DNA of 64,000 nt, taken from NCBI GenBank assembly GCA_049472335.1, contig JBLIRO010000021.1, positions 1,766-65,765 of the forward strand, written 5' to 3'. The notes beneath the pieces are model-generated. The model had not been told where the DNA came from. It did no database searches and saw only the letters and a list, made by a program, of their open reading frames with translations. Positions 1-9,769 of the stretch are shown piece by piece. Origin of the DNA: a bacterium (GTDB lineage Bacteria > SZUA-182 > DTGQ01 > JAFGSM01). The position numbers and the translations under genes are program-made. Within the stretch, counting starts at the first letter, position 1, and each line of letters opens with the position of its first letter.

Positions 1-163
1 TAGCCTTTCCGATACATATGGGCAATACTCCCGTCGCCAGGGGATCGAGTGTGCCAGCGTGTCCTATCTTATTCCACCTGAATCTTTTTTTCAGCAACTG
101 CAAGGCTTTGAAAGAGGCCATGCCATGAGGTTTATCCAGAATAAGAAGCCCCGAGGAAAGCAT
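1..163 (-). CDS. truB: tRNA pseudouridine(55) synthase TruB, first 54 codons only (gene runs out of the window start)
   Basis: Not in the ORF track because it is open at the window edge. The reverse complement from the ATG at 163-161 reads [54 protein letters not shown]. This contains the TruB catalytic-Asp box GHxGTLDPxAxGxL. Confidence 0.75.
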   Translation of the reverse strand, partial: MLSSGLLILDKPHGMASFKALQLLKKRFRWNKIGHAGTLDPLATGVLPICIGKA

Positions 164-167
164 CCTG

Positions 168-983
168 TTAACCCCCTAACTTTAAAGGATTGGTGATCTT
201 TCGAAGGCAGGCTATAGCGGAAAGCGCCGCCAGATAGCTTGTGCGCGGATTAAACGGCGCAGGGAGGTTTTCCGTCCTGGTAATGAATTTGCCGAATTCT
301 CCCTCAACCTCTATTTGATGAGTGTTTCTTTTGATTTTGGGATCCACAATGATACGCACAGATGTCCTTTTCGGGCCGACACCAGCGAGGCTGAGCGTGG
401 CAGCAACGTTGATATTCTTCGGGAATAAGGGGACTGCTTCCAAAGCGGAACCTTCAAAAATAACCCTTTCCTCATTGACGGCATCAAGGTCTATCCCCTT
501 TTCTATGATATAGGGTGCGGATTTAAGCGCCTGTGGCGGCTTCCTGGTTATTAACCTGACAAAGTCAACCCTGCCGACAGAGGCAGCAGCTACAGCATCC
601 AATCCTGCAATAGCGCCGGAAGGACAATAGATCCTTATCCCCGCATTCCCTGCTTCATTGATAATCTTCTCTGCTCCCAATAATCCTCCTATGCTCATTA
701 TCATGCAATCGATTTTATATCTTGAAGCCAAAGATATTATCTGAGGAACAACATCGGGTGAAGCGGCTTCAACAACGAGGTCCACATTCTTAAAAATCTC
801 TTCAAGCCCCATAAATATTGGGATTTGTATCTTTAATCCCTCTATCAGCTCATTGGCCTTTTCGGTATCCAGATCGTTTACTGCTGACAATTCCGCAACG
901 ACTTTACCTTGATCGATCGCCTGGGCCATCCTTGTGCCAATCGTTCCGCAACCAACCAATCCTATTTTCAATTTAGCGGTCAT
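168..983 (-). CDS. nadX: L-aspartate dehydrogenase (NadX family)
   Basis: 271 aa. N-terminal Rossmann motif [10 protein letters not shown]. Family-typical [30 protein letters not shown] and [12 protein letters not shown] segments. Confidence 0.8.
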   Translation of the reverse strand: MTAKLKIGLVGCGTIGTRMAQAIDQGKVVAELSAVNDLDTEKANELIEGLKIQIPIFMGLEEIFKNVDLVVEAASPDVVPQIISLASRYKIDCMIMSIGGLLGAEKIINEAGNAGIRIYCPSGAIAGLDAVAAASVGRVDFVRLITRKPPQALKSAPYIIEKGIDLDAVNEERVIFEGSALEAVPLFPKNINVAATLSLAGVGPKRTSVRIIVDPKIKRNTHQIEVEGEFGKFITRTENLPAPFNPRTSYLAALSAIACLRKITNPLKLGG

Positions 984-1099
984 CTCCCTTCTTTCCTGTA
1001 TTTATTAAATGTCTAAAACCACTACTTCAAGTGGCAACCTACCCATGAAAGATCATTTTCACCATTACAGGGGTAGTAATTGTAAAAAAACCTTCCGCA

Positions 1100-1561
1100 T
1101 CATTTCTTAATCCCAAGGACTTCTATTACCAGACCGGGAGAAAATCCTCTGCGCAGAAGCATATTATAAAGCCTTTTTTCCTGATGTGCATCCATCGGTT
1201 TATTAAAGCCCTTCTTTTCTATCAGGCGTAAGGCCTCTTCACGTTCCCTTTCTTCAGGATAAAATCTCTCTTTGAGATAACGGCAGTCCTCTGCGGGGAT
1301 ACCCCTTGCAGTCAGTTCCTTATATATCAGTAAGGGACCGTAGCCACCTTTGTTCAGACGGCTTAGATACCATTTCCTGGCAAATTCCTTATCATTTAGA
1401 TAATCAGACTCCTGCAAATAATTTACAACTTGATCGGCCAATAAAAAAGAATATCCCTTTTGAATAAGGTGAGACCTCACCTCTTTGGAACTGCGCGGGC
1501 GATATGAGATAAGATTAATGGCCAGTTCCTTGGCTCTCTGAAAATCTCTTTCCTCACCCAT
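1100..1561 (-). CDS. recX: recombination regulator RecX
   Basis: 153 aa lying directly downstream of recA on the same strand. RecX-like three-repeat helical pattern (RPRSSKEVRSHLIQKGY, YLNDKEFA). Confidence 0.85.
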   Translation of the reverse strand: MGEERDFQRAKELAINLISYRPRSSKEVRSHLIQKGYSFLLADQVVNYLQESDYLNDKEFARKWYLSRLNKGGYGPLLIYKELTARGIPAEDCRYLKERFYPEEREREEALRLIEKKGFNKPMDAHQEKRLYNMLLRRGFSPGLVIEVLGIKK

Positions 1562-1605
1562 CTGGCTGAAAGGTTGTCTTCATCTTGCTTTTACATGTTG
1601 GAGTA

Positions 1606-2667
1606 CTATTTAGCGGGAGCAGATGCCTTCTTTGATTCTGCCTTTGCTTCCTCCTCTTTTTGAGGCTTAGGGTTGATCTCCTCCTTTATCTTTTGTTCGA
1701 TCTGATCAGCTATATCAGGATGCTCTTTCAGGAATATCCGCGCGTTTTCTCTCCCCTGTCCCAACCTTTCTTCGCCAAAACTAAACCATGTCCCCAGCTT
1801 CTGGATGATACCCATATCCACGCCAACATCCAGCAGGTTGCCTTCTCTCGAAATACCCTCCCCATACATGATATCGAACTCGGCATTTTTAAACGGAGGG
1901 GCTACCTTATTCTTGACCACCTTTGCCTGTACCCTGTTACCGATGGTTGCGTCTCCCTTTTTTATTGTGCTGATCCTGCGGATATCCAGCCTAATGGTGG
2001 CGTAAAATTTTAATGCCCTTCCACCTGTTGTGGTTTCAGGATTTCCGAACATGACCCCGATTTTCTCGCGCACCTGGTTTATGAAGATAACAGAGGTCTT
2101 GGATTTGGATATGGCCGCAGTCAGCTTTCTGAGCGCCTGAGACATCAGACGCGCCTGCAATCCCATATGGGAGTCGCCCATTTCCCCTTCAATCTCCGCC
2201 CTCGGCACCAGAGCTGCCACTGAATCTATAACCACGACATCCAAAGCGCCGCTCCTTACAAGGGTTTCTGTTATTTCAAGGGCCTGTTCACCCGTATCCG
2301 GTTGAGAAATAAGCAACTCTTCCGTCTTTACTCCAATCTTCTTTGCATAGTTCGGGTCGAGGGCGTGTTCTGCATCCACAAACGCAGCAATACCACCCTG
2401 TTTCTGAGCCTGGGCAATGACGCTCAAAGCGAGTGTCGTTTTACCTGAGGACTCCTGTCCGTAAATCTCGGTAACCCTGCCCCTTGGTATGCCATTCACG
2501 CCAAGGACCAAGTCCAGCGCGATTGAACCTGTAGGTATACTTTGTATGTCGAGGATAAAATCGGAGCCAAGTCGCATTATGGCCCCTTTGCCGAATTCCT
2601 TTTCTATTTGAAGACAGGCCAGTTCAAGGGCCTTTTTTCTCTCAAGGTTCGAATCGTTCTTATTCAT
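1606..2667 (-). CDS. recA: recombinase RecA
   Basis: 353 aa. Walker [13 protein letters not shown] plus the conserved [25 protein letters not shown] and [22 protein letters not shown] segments. Confidence 0.98.
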   Translation of the reverse strand: MNKNDSNLERKKALELACLQIEKEFGKGAIMRLGSDFILDIQSIPTGSIALDLVLGVNGIPRGRVTEIYGQESSGKTTLALSVIAQAQKQGGIAAFVDAEHALDPNYAKKIGVKTEELLISQPDTGEQALEITETLVRSGALDVVVIDSVAALVPRAEIEGEMGDSHMGLQARLMSQALRKLTAAISKSKTSVIFINQVREKIGVMFGNPETTTGGRALKFYATIRLDIRRISTIKKGDATIGNRVQAKVVKNKVAPPFKNAEFDIMYGEGISREGNLLDVGVDMGIIQKLGTWFSFGEERLGQGRENARIFLKEHPDIADQIEQKIKEEINPKPQKEEEAKAESKKASAPAK

Positions 2668-2754
2668 TTTTTCCCTTCTTTCATATTTTCCTTCTATATT
2701 CTCCCCTTATACCAGGCTGCTGACAGAAGAAGATCCCTATTGTAATGCGGCTTT

Positions 2755-3354
2755 TTAGCTGTTTTTTAAGCTGACGGAACCCAATTCCGTATATATGGCA
2801 CCTTGTGGAGTAAGCGTACTCTTCATTAAGGCCACCTTTGTAACCTCTGTTCCACCAATCTCCGGGACCTTCAAGTCATTGAGTGCCCGCAAGACTTCAC
2901 CCCTGCTTCCCAGGGCCTTTATTCTCCCCAGCGTAAGGTGAGGGCTGAACACCCTCTTTTCAACCTTAAAATCCAATTTGGAGAGGCTGTCTTCGACCCT
3001 CTTCTGAAGGTTACAAACCTCTTCTTCCCCCTTTTGAACACCCACCCAGATAACCCTCGGCTGATTCAGATTGGGGAAAACACCCAGGTCTCCCAAAACT
3101 ATGGAAAACGGGCGGACTCCTGAAGCCGCCTCCTCCAGTCTTTCAAGGATGGAAGGCACAATTTCCGTTTCAACAGAGCCCAGAAATTTCAGGGTAAGGT
3201 GGATGGAACCGGATTTAACCCAGGTCACCCTGGTCCTGCCATGTTTGATTCGGTTCCGAAAACGTTCCGCCAGAGCTGATATATCATCCTGCAAGGCCTC
3301 TGGAAGATTAATTGCTATAAAGGACCTTACCATTTCACCTGAATCCCGGCTCAT
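2755..3354 (-). CDS. thpR: RNA 2',3'-cyclic phosphodiesterase (2H family, ThpR/LigT)
   Basis: 199 aa with the two HxT/S motifs HLTLKFLG and HLTLGR. Confidence 0.8.
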   Translation of the reverse strand: MSRDSGEMVRSFIAINLPEALQDDISALAERFRNRIKHGRTRVTWVKSGSIHLTLKFLGSVETEIVPSILERLEEAASGVRPFSIVLGDLGVFPNLNQPRVIWVGVQKGEEEVCNLQKRVEDSLSKLDFKVEKRVFSPHLTLGRIKALGSRGEVLRALNDLKVPEIGGTEVTKVALMKSTLTPQGAIYTELGSVSLKNS

Positions 3355-4598
3355 ATCACATTCCCCTGCACAAGATATTGCCTTAGTATATTCAGGCCGG
3401 CCAGAGCGCTCTTCATCTTAATCGCCTCACGGGACCCGATAAATCTATGTGATTTACCGTAGCTTTGCTTCGGAGAAACCAGTCCAAAATAAACCAGCCC
3501 CACAGGCTTTTCAATGCTTCCCCCTTCAGGCCCAGCAATTCCGGTAACGCTCAAGCCCAGGTACGTGCCTGTCTTTTCCCTGATGCCAATGGCCATCTCC
3601 CGCGCGACAGCGGAGCTGACCGCGCCATGTTTATCTAATGTGCCGGATTTGACCCCCAACAGCTCCTGTTTGGAGCGATTGCTGTAAGCTACGATACCCC
3701 TCTCAAAATACACGGAGCTGCCCGGCACCTGAGTCAAAAGATGGGATATCAATCCGCCTGTGCATGACTCTGCCACTGAAAGGGTAAGATTTTTCTCTTT
3801 TAAAAGCTTACCCACAACCTCTTCAAGACCTGATTCTCCCCACGTATAAAGGGATGCCCCTAAAAGCTTCTCTACCTCTTTCTTAAGCTGGGAAGACTTC
3901 ATATTTCCGGACCGATACTTGCCGTCTTTCAGGAAAAATTCCACATCCACTCCCCCGTTACGGATAATGAGGTTCATGGAAAAATTATCCTGGCCCGGGA
4001 TGCCCGCAAGCAGGTCATTCACCTCAATCTCCCTCAATCCACAGGTACGGGCCAGAAGACTCACACTCTTCTCAACCTTCCCGCATTTCTCCTTAAGAAA
4101 AGGCGCTACACTGTCACACCACATCTGCTCCATTTCATTGGGCACCCCCGGAAGACTTATAATAAAGGCCTCGTTCTCCTGACATATAAATCCCGGAGCA
4201 GTGCCATTCTTATTAGGGATCACTGTGCAGCGGCGCGGTAAAAGGGCCTGTCTCTGCTCACTTATGGGCATCTCAACCTGGTTCTGCTCATATCGCTTCT
4301 TAATAGCATCCAGCACTTCTGAATTTAATATAAGTTTCCTGTTTATAACCTTGGATATGCACCTTTTTGTGAGATCGTCAGTTGTGGCGCCAAGGCCTCC
4401 GGTTGTAATAACAATATCCGATCTTGCCATCGATGCCGCGAGAACGGTCTCAAGATAGACCTCATCATCCCCTACCCTGGTAATCAATTTTAAGGAATGA
4501 CCTATCTTTTTCAGCTCTCTTGTTAAAAACAGAGCATTGGTGTCAGAAACCCGGCCGTTTATCAACTCCATGCCGATTGAAATAATCTCGACTCGCAC
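3351..4598 (-). CDS. cinA: CinA family protein (MoCF-binding domain + nicotinamide-nucleotide amidohydrolase PncC domain)
   Basis: 415 aa. N-terminal MRVEIISIGMELINGRVSDTNA and C-terminal AESCTGGL motif. Its end overlaps the thpR start by 4 nt. Confidence 0.85.
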   Translation of the reverse strand: MRVEIISIGMELINGRVSDTNALFLTRELKKIGHSLKLITRVGDDEVYLETVLAASMARSDIVITTGGLGATTDDLTKRCISKVINRKLILNSEVLDAIKKRYEQNQVEMPISEQRQALLPRRCTVIPNKNGTAPGFICQENEAFIISLPGVPNEMEQMWCDSVAPFLKEKCGKVEKSVSLLARTCGLREIEVNDLLAGIPGQDNFSMNLIIRNGGVDVEFFLKDGKYRSGNMKSSQLKKEVEKLLGASLYTWGESGLEEVVGKLLKEKNLTLSVAESCTGGLISHLLTQVPGSSVYFERGIVAYSNRSKQELLGVKSGTLDKHGAVSSAVAREMAIGIREKTGTYLGLSVTGIAGPEGGSIEKPVGLVYFGLVSPKQSYGKSHRFIGSREAIKMKSALAGLNILRQYLVQGNVI

Positions 4599-4780
4599 TA
4601 TCCCAACCCTTATAAAATAGTGTGATCAAAATTGATCTGTAAAAAATAATGAATTCGTTTTATACTATTTTAATGTTGATCTCTTGTCAAGGTCTGCCCA
4701 TCAAGGCTTCACCATCGCTTGAGTTGTCTTGAATCACCTATAATCCTGTCAGACACAATAATATTCCCTGGGCTGTGGAA

Positions 4781-5950
4781 TCAGTTTGAAAATAGGCTTC
4801 GAGTATAAAGTCTTTCGATAAAATCCTGCCACGGAATAAATAGAATATTATTTATTTTATAAGGCCTTGGAGTATTACAGACACAATATGCATTGAGTAC
4901 GGCATGGTCCTTCAAAAATGACTTTAATCCAGCAATCCCGTGAGGCTCCTGTGACGATTTAATCTCCACCGGAATAATTGATCCATGTTTCTCGAGAATT
5001 AAATCCACCTCAGCTCCATCAGATGTCCTAAAAAACCAGGTGTTAATTTCTTCGCCTAAATATGAAATGTACTTCATTACTTCTAAAATAATGAAATGTT
5101 CAAAGGCATTTCCATATAATTGGGTTCCTTCAGTAAAATCTATTGACAACATCCTTTTTATGGCAAAGACTAGCCCTGTATCATTGAGATAAAACTTAGG
5201 GTGGCTAATAATACGTTTCCTGTGAGATCCATAATACGGAAGTAAATAAAAACCAATTAACGTATCTTCTAAAATGTTGAAGTATTCCCTTATAACCTTT
5301 AGAGAAACCCCCACCTCCCTGGCAATATTTGAATAATTTATCACATTTCCATTTTCATAGCCTGCAATATCAAGGAATTTTGAGAAAGCAGGAAGATTTC
5401 GTATTAATGCCTCATCGAAGATTTCTTCTTTAAGATAAGTATTTATGTAGCTTTCAAGCAGTTTTTTCTTTGTCTGAGCAGTCTGCGCCAGAAAAATATT
5501 TGGAAGTCCTCCAAAATGAAGAAAATCATTTAAAGAAAATAGATCCTTGACTTCATAATAAGAAAACGGGAATAGTCGTAAGGTAATCGCCCTCCCCCCC
5601 AACATATTAGCATGACTTCTCTTTAATTTTCTGGCACTCGATCCAGTGAGGATAAATCTGGGATCCCATTGTGATTCAATTAACCGATGTACTTCATCGA
5701 GAAGCCCTGGAGCTTTTTGAATTTCATCTATAACAATAAGAGGGGACCTTTTATTTAATGCCTCTATTTCAGCATAAAGAAGCTCAGGATTTTTAGTATA
5801 ACGAATCAATTCGCTTTTTTTTAATAAATCTATATATATATCATATCCACCCGTCCTCTTTAAGAGCCAGGTCTTCCCAACCTGCCTGCATCCGAACAAA
5901 AAACAAGAGGTATTTAAGTTATCCAAAGATAAATATCTTTCTATTTCCAT
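4781..5950 (-). CDS. AAA-family ATPase with DUF4143-type C-terminal domain
   Basis: 389 aa. P-loop GCRQVGKT and Walker B IVIDEIQ. The C-terminal part resembles the DUF4143/restriction-endonuclease-like fold found in this family. Confidence 0.75.
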   Translation of the reverse strand: MEIERYLSLDNLNTSCFLFGCRQVGKTWLLKRTGGYDIYIDLLKKSELIRYTKNPELLYAEIEALNKRSPLIVIDEIQKAPGLLDEVHRLIESQWDPRFILTGSSARKLKRSHANMLGGRAITLRLFPFSYYEVKDLFSLNDFLHFGGLPNIFLAQTAQTKKKLLESYINTYLKEEIFDEALIRNLPAFSKFLDIAGYENGNVINYSNIAREVGVSLKVIREYFNILEDTLIGFYLLPYYGSHRKRIISHPKFYLNDTGLVFAIKRMLSIDFTEGTQLYGNAFEHFIILEVMKYISYLGEEINTWFFRTSDGAEVDLILEKHGSIIPVEIKSSQEPHGIAGLKSFLKDHAVLNAYCVCNTPRPYKINNILFIPWQDFIERLYTRSLFSN

Positions 5951-6188
5951 AAAAATTAACTCTTACTCCAATATTTACGCTCAAAATAGATACATAAGGT
6001 CAATTTTTACGCATTGTAACTTAAAGAACCATTATTGTCAAATCGAATCCCTCAAAATCAATAATTGACCTTTTCCAAAATACATATACAAAGATATTTT
6101 ATCAGAGTCGCTCCTAAAGGTTTGCACAACAATTCCATGAATACTTGAATTTCAACTAATAATCATCATATAATATGGGCCATCCTGT

Positions 6189-6265
6189 GGCGGTGTAGCT
6201 CAGTCGGTTAGAGCATGCGGCTCATATCCGCAGTGTCCGGGGTTCAAATCCCTGCACCGCCACCA
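6189..6265 (+). tRNA. tRNA with anticodon CAT (elongator Met, or Ile2 if lysidine-modified)
   Basis: 77-nt cloverleaf folded by hand. Acceptor GGCGGTG/CACCGCC. D arm GCTC-AGTCGGTTA-GAGC. Anticodon stem TGCGG/CCGCA with loop CTCATAT. T arm CGGGG-TTCAAAT-CCCTG. Encoded CCA. It lacks the three consecutive G-C pairs of initiator anticodon stems. Confidence 0.85.
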
Positions 6266-6423
6266 TATCAACTTATTAATATCCTACAATAATGCTCTTC
6301 TGAAACATGCTTTAAAATGATGCCCCAATAGTGTTCATGGAAGGATATAAAAAAAGGGATTAAAGTGAAATATTCATTATGCATTTTTTTATAAGTGACG
6401 ATTTATAATTGTTTTAAAAACGC

Positions 6424-6886
6424 TTACGCTGCTGTGGAATAGAGAAACAGGATCTGAGGTCGTAGATCTCTAATCACTCTTTTAAAATCGGGCAGGTCAG
6501 GGACAAGAGGGCCAAGCCACTGTTTCCAGGTCCTTTCGACATAATCGATCATTTTTAGCTCAAAAAAATCATCAGGGCTTTTGAATGTGAGACATTTCGG
6601 ACTTTGCATTTGTCTATCAGAAAGGAAAAAAATCCGAAAGTTCCAGGTGATTTTGATAGGTACTGAAAATACGTCAGAAATCGTAGTAATCGCATGCTCT
6701 GGAGCGACTCCAACCTCGTTCCTGAAGTTTATCAATATTTTGTAATATTGCGCAAAATTTTTCCGCAATAATCTCCTCTAATGCATATACCCGGACTTCT
6801 GTTTCAAACAGTTCACCATATTCATGAATGATTGCTCGTTTCTTGAAAGACTTGAGCACTTTTCCATCTACTGCTATTTTGATCAT
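6424..6886 (-). pseudogene. nucleotidyltransferase AbiEii/AbiGii-type toxin, 5'-truncated and frameshifted
   Basis: Two overlapping minus-strand ORFs in different frames (6674-6886 and 6424-6768). Together they resemble the C-terminal half of AbiEii toxins (ALEEIIAEKFCAILQ....ACDYYD). The catalytic N-terminal part is absent. Confidence 0.55.
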
Positions 6887-7029
6887 AAAAGGTAGGAATC
6901 CCTGATTCCTGCTTTATGAGCGAGCTTTAGAGCCTGAATTATAGGAAATATACGATTTCCTTCGGCTGTGATTAGTCTTATAAGCTCTACACCAACATGG
7001 GTCTTTTTCAGTTTTTTAACTGTATTCAT
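6883..7029 (-). pseudogene. 48-codon ORF, possible truncated AbiEi-like antitoxin remnant
   Basis: Hand translation gives MNTVKKLKKTHVGVELIRLITAEGNRIFPIIQALKLAHKAGIRDSYLL. Its stop overlaps the ATG of the toxin fragment (ATGA), a typical TA coupling. Similarity to AbiEi N-termini is only weak. Confidence 0.25.
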
Positions 7030-7509
7030 TTGATATTGTCCAATCTTTGCCAATTATAAACTATTATAATTAGATAATTTATGTCAAACATTGGACAGTG
7101 TCAAATATTCGCCGAACAAAAACAAATAAAGGGGATTGCATTTTTTTATGCCTTAAGATTCAGAATAAATATAAGTTAAGCCGAATTTTCTAAAAGCCTA
7201 TTTTTATCAGGAAAGATATCCTATATTTTATTTAAACCCAAAAATATTTGAATAGCTGTCGTATGGATTATGAAGAGTCTAGGTAATCCTTTGGGATGCC
7301 TAAGAAATATTTAAAAGTATATTTTTTTTCTAATGATTCAGTTTGAATGTTTTACTAAAATTTATGCTATTTTATCTGATAATTTATAATAGCTCCTCTG
7401 AAGTCACACTACAGCATACCCCCCTTCTCAAGTGGATAAACCCTCCATTTAATATTAAGTTAATCAATTGGAATTAAATGATAATTTATATTTTGGCACA
7501 AAGTTTTTA

Positions 7510-7539
7510 TTGACATAAGAACTACTAAGCCAATATAAT
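7510..7539 (+). promoter_or_regulatory. sigma70-type promoter candidate (TTGACA-18 nt-TATAAT)
   Basis: TTGACA at 7510-7515 and TATAAT at 7534-7539, about 90 nt upstream of the ATG at 7630. Confidence 0.35.
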
Positions 7540-7629
7540 ATTATTACATCTTTGATTATAACCTTTTGGAAATTTTCAGTTCTTTACAATCCCACCATTA
7601 AATAATCCATAAAAAAGGGGGAATTTATT

Positions 7630-7853
7630 ATGACAAGGTCTAAATTCTATCTAATACTCTTTTTTTTCTAACAATAATACTCTCAGCACCCTATTATGTC
7701 ACTAATGATATAGCAGAAGAGATTTATGTACATCTTGGAGAAAGTATTCAGACAGCTATCACCACTTCTAATAATGGAGATGAAATTATTGTAGAACCTG
7801 GAACATATTTAGAAAATATTAATTTTTCAGGTAAAGCTATTACAGTCAGGAGT
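7630..7853 (+). other. 5' portion of the 7854-8588 gene (signal peptide + beta-helix N-cap), separated by a frameshift in a T8 tract
   Basis: The ATG at 7630 gives MTRSKFYLILFFF and then TAA at 7669. The frame continuous with the 7854 ORF is open from 7656 and reads TLFFLTIILSAPYYVTNDIAEEIYVHLGESIQTAITTSNNGDEIIVEPGTYLENINFSGKAITVRS. One extra T in the T8 run (7660-7667) would join the two frames. Confidence 0.6.
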
Positions 7854-8588
7854 ATGGATCCGAACGACTTTCTTTCCAGCACTTTTGGCGTATATGTCAA
7901 TGGGACAATGGTCGATGGCGACATTCAGGATGGAACTGCTGTGCCGGGCAGTCTCGATTTCAATCTGACAGGGGATTTTCTGAAATTTACACCGGATGAA
8001 GGAGCTATCTCAAGCGGGGATATGGTGTATATCAGGCTCACTGACAGAATTAGAGATATCTGTGCCAATCCCTTGCAAACACCTCCCATGGGTGTAAAAT
8101 TATTTCATTTTGAGAGCAGTAAAAATTTACAAATAAAAGCCGGATGGAGTATGATCTCGCTTCCCGTTATACCGGAAAGCACTCTAGTCTCGGATCTCTT
8201 TCCCGGAGCCGTAGTAGTCTATGGTTATAAAAAAGGAATAGGATATGACCGTATAAAAAATGAAGAGAATATGGAAGCAGGAAAGGGATATTGGATATTG
8301 CTAACTGAAGAAACAAACTATCCCTTAATCGGTCAATGTATTCTGAATTATAATCTTACAGTATATGAAGACGGATGGGAGATGATCGGCGGTTGCTCAT
8401 ATCCGGCCCAGGCATCGGCAGACAGTTGTGATACAGGTGTTATCTATAGATATGTTCAGGGATATGGGTATCAAAAGGTTCAGGAATCAGAGGCCCTTGA
8501 ACCTGGTCAAGGCTACTGGATACAGCTCAAAGATGTTAAGAATCAATGCACACTAATGGTTGAGCCTTCAAGTCCCATTCTCTATTAA
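7854..8588 (+). CDS. secreted protein, C-terminal part (Ig-like segment + duplicated GW...GxGYW module); probably begins at 7630
   Basis: ORF-track entry of 244 aa. The upstream in-frame extension has no start codon (see the 7630-7853 feature). No catalytic motif recognised. Confidence 0.6.
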   Translation: MDPNDFLSSTFGVYVNGTMVDGDIQDGTAVPGSLDFNLTGDFLKFTPDEGAISSGDMVYIRLTDRIRDICANPLQTPPMGVKLFHFESSKNLQIKAGWSMISLPVIPESTLVSDLFPGAVVVYGYKKGIGYDRIKNEENMEAGKGYWILLTEETNYPLIGQCILNYNLTVYEDGWEMIGGCSYPAQASADSCDTGVIYRYVQGYGYQKVQESEALEPGQGYWIQLKDVKNQCTLMVEPSSPILY

Positions 8589-9000
8589 CGATAATTGACA
8601 ATCTTAAATCATATTGAGGCATAGTCTGAATTGGCTCTGCCTTTTTTGCATGTTTGTCTAAGGCTGCTTCTAACTCAACTTTGACTGTCACAGTTGAGTT
8701 AAAAATTTTTCCAGGTATATAATCGAGAACTAATCTTTTAATTTCATGAGACGCAATATGTTTGTTAATTATATAATCCTTTTATGCCTTGTAAAAATGA
8801 TGAGTTGACAAAATTTAGTTACAACAACGAAATTTTGGTTAAGCTGATATGTGGCATTTAAAATAAAAAATTGTTAAAGTTACATCAAGTAACAGGTGAT
8901 CCATTTTCTTCAATATTAAAAAAAACAAATTGCTGAAAAAGTCGAGGCACAGTTTAAAAGGGCCTTTTATTCTGTACATTAGAAGAAGGGAGAGGGAAAA

Positions 9001-9306
9001 ATGAAAAATTTATTCTTTTTTATTCTGTTTTTATTCAAGCCTATCAGAGTATTCGCCCATGTTGATAATTGGCATATGGACAGATGGGGGCATATGAGCG
9101 GTTACGGATTCGGAGGTATAATTATATGGATAATTCTTTTGATATTAGTTGCCCTGGTTATTTATTTTATTACACAGAATATAAAATTAAGATCATCCGG
9201 ACATTCATCAGGAGAAACTCCTTTGGATATTTTGAAAACACGATATGCAAAGGGTGAGATTTCAAAGGAAGAGTTTAACCAAATGAAAAAGGATTTAGAA
9301 GCATAG
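9001..9306 (+). CDS. small membrane protein with C-terminal SHOCT domain
   Basis: 101 aa. One TM helix (GGIIIWIILLILVALVIYFI). The C-terminal LDILKTRYAKGEISKEEFNQMKKDL matches the SHOCT motif. Confidence 0.7.
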   Translation: MKNLFFFILFLFKPIRVFAHVDNWHMDRWGHMSGYGFGGIIIWIILLILVALVIYFITQNIKLRSSGHSSGETPLDILKTRYAKGEISKEEFNQMKKDLEA

Positions 9307-9328
9307 ATCATTTGATGTTTTTTATAAG

Positions 9329-9769
9329 ATGAAGGTTAGAAGTAAAAAGGTGAAAGATATCAATATCCTGTATAGATCTCCAAGCATAGAAGAATATATA
9401 TCCCTTCGAAAAGCTGTGGGTTGGAATATACCCGATGAACAGGTAATAAAGATATCACTTAAAAATGCCCTGTTCTCTGTATGTCTTGAAAAGGGAAATA
9501 AAATCATTGGTTGCGGAAGAGTAATTGGTGATGAAGGATTATATTTATATATCCAGGATATTATAGTACTACCTGCATACCAGGGGCATGGATATGGGAA
9601 AAAAGTAATGGATGAAATAATGAATTATATTAATCATAAAGCAGGTAAAGGCGCCTTTATAGGCCTGTTTTCCGCAAAAGGGCTCGAAGGATTTTATAAA
9701 AAATATGGATTCAAAGAAAGGCCTGATGAAAACTCCGGGGCAGGGATGTTTCTTTTTAAACTTAACTGA
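9329..9769 (+). CDS. GNAT family N-acetyltransferase
   Basis: 146 aa. Acetyl-CoA-binding motif VLPAYQGHGYGKKVM. Confidence 0.8.
   Translation: MKVRSKKVKDINILYRSPSIEEYISLRKAVGWNIPDEQVIKISLKNALFSVCLEKGNKIIGCGRVIGDEGLYLYIQDIIVLPAYQGHGYGKKVMDEIMNYINHKAGKGAFIGLFSAKGLEGFYKKYGFKERPDENSGAGMFLFKLN

Noticed and set aside
1660-2013. Plus-strand ORFs (117 aa, 66 aa) inside recA
   Set aside because: They are antisense to recA and contain no motifs.
8530-8770. Open minus-strand frame (…IKRLVLDYIPGKIFNSTVTVKVELEAALDKHAKKAEPIQ…) in the 8589-9000 spacer
   Set aside because: It has no start codon or RBS at its 5' end, it runs into the 3' end of the convergent gene, and the similarity to antitoxin-like proteins is only impressionistic.
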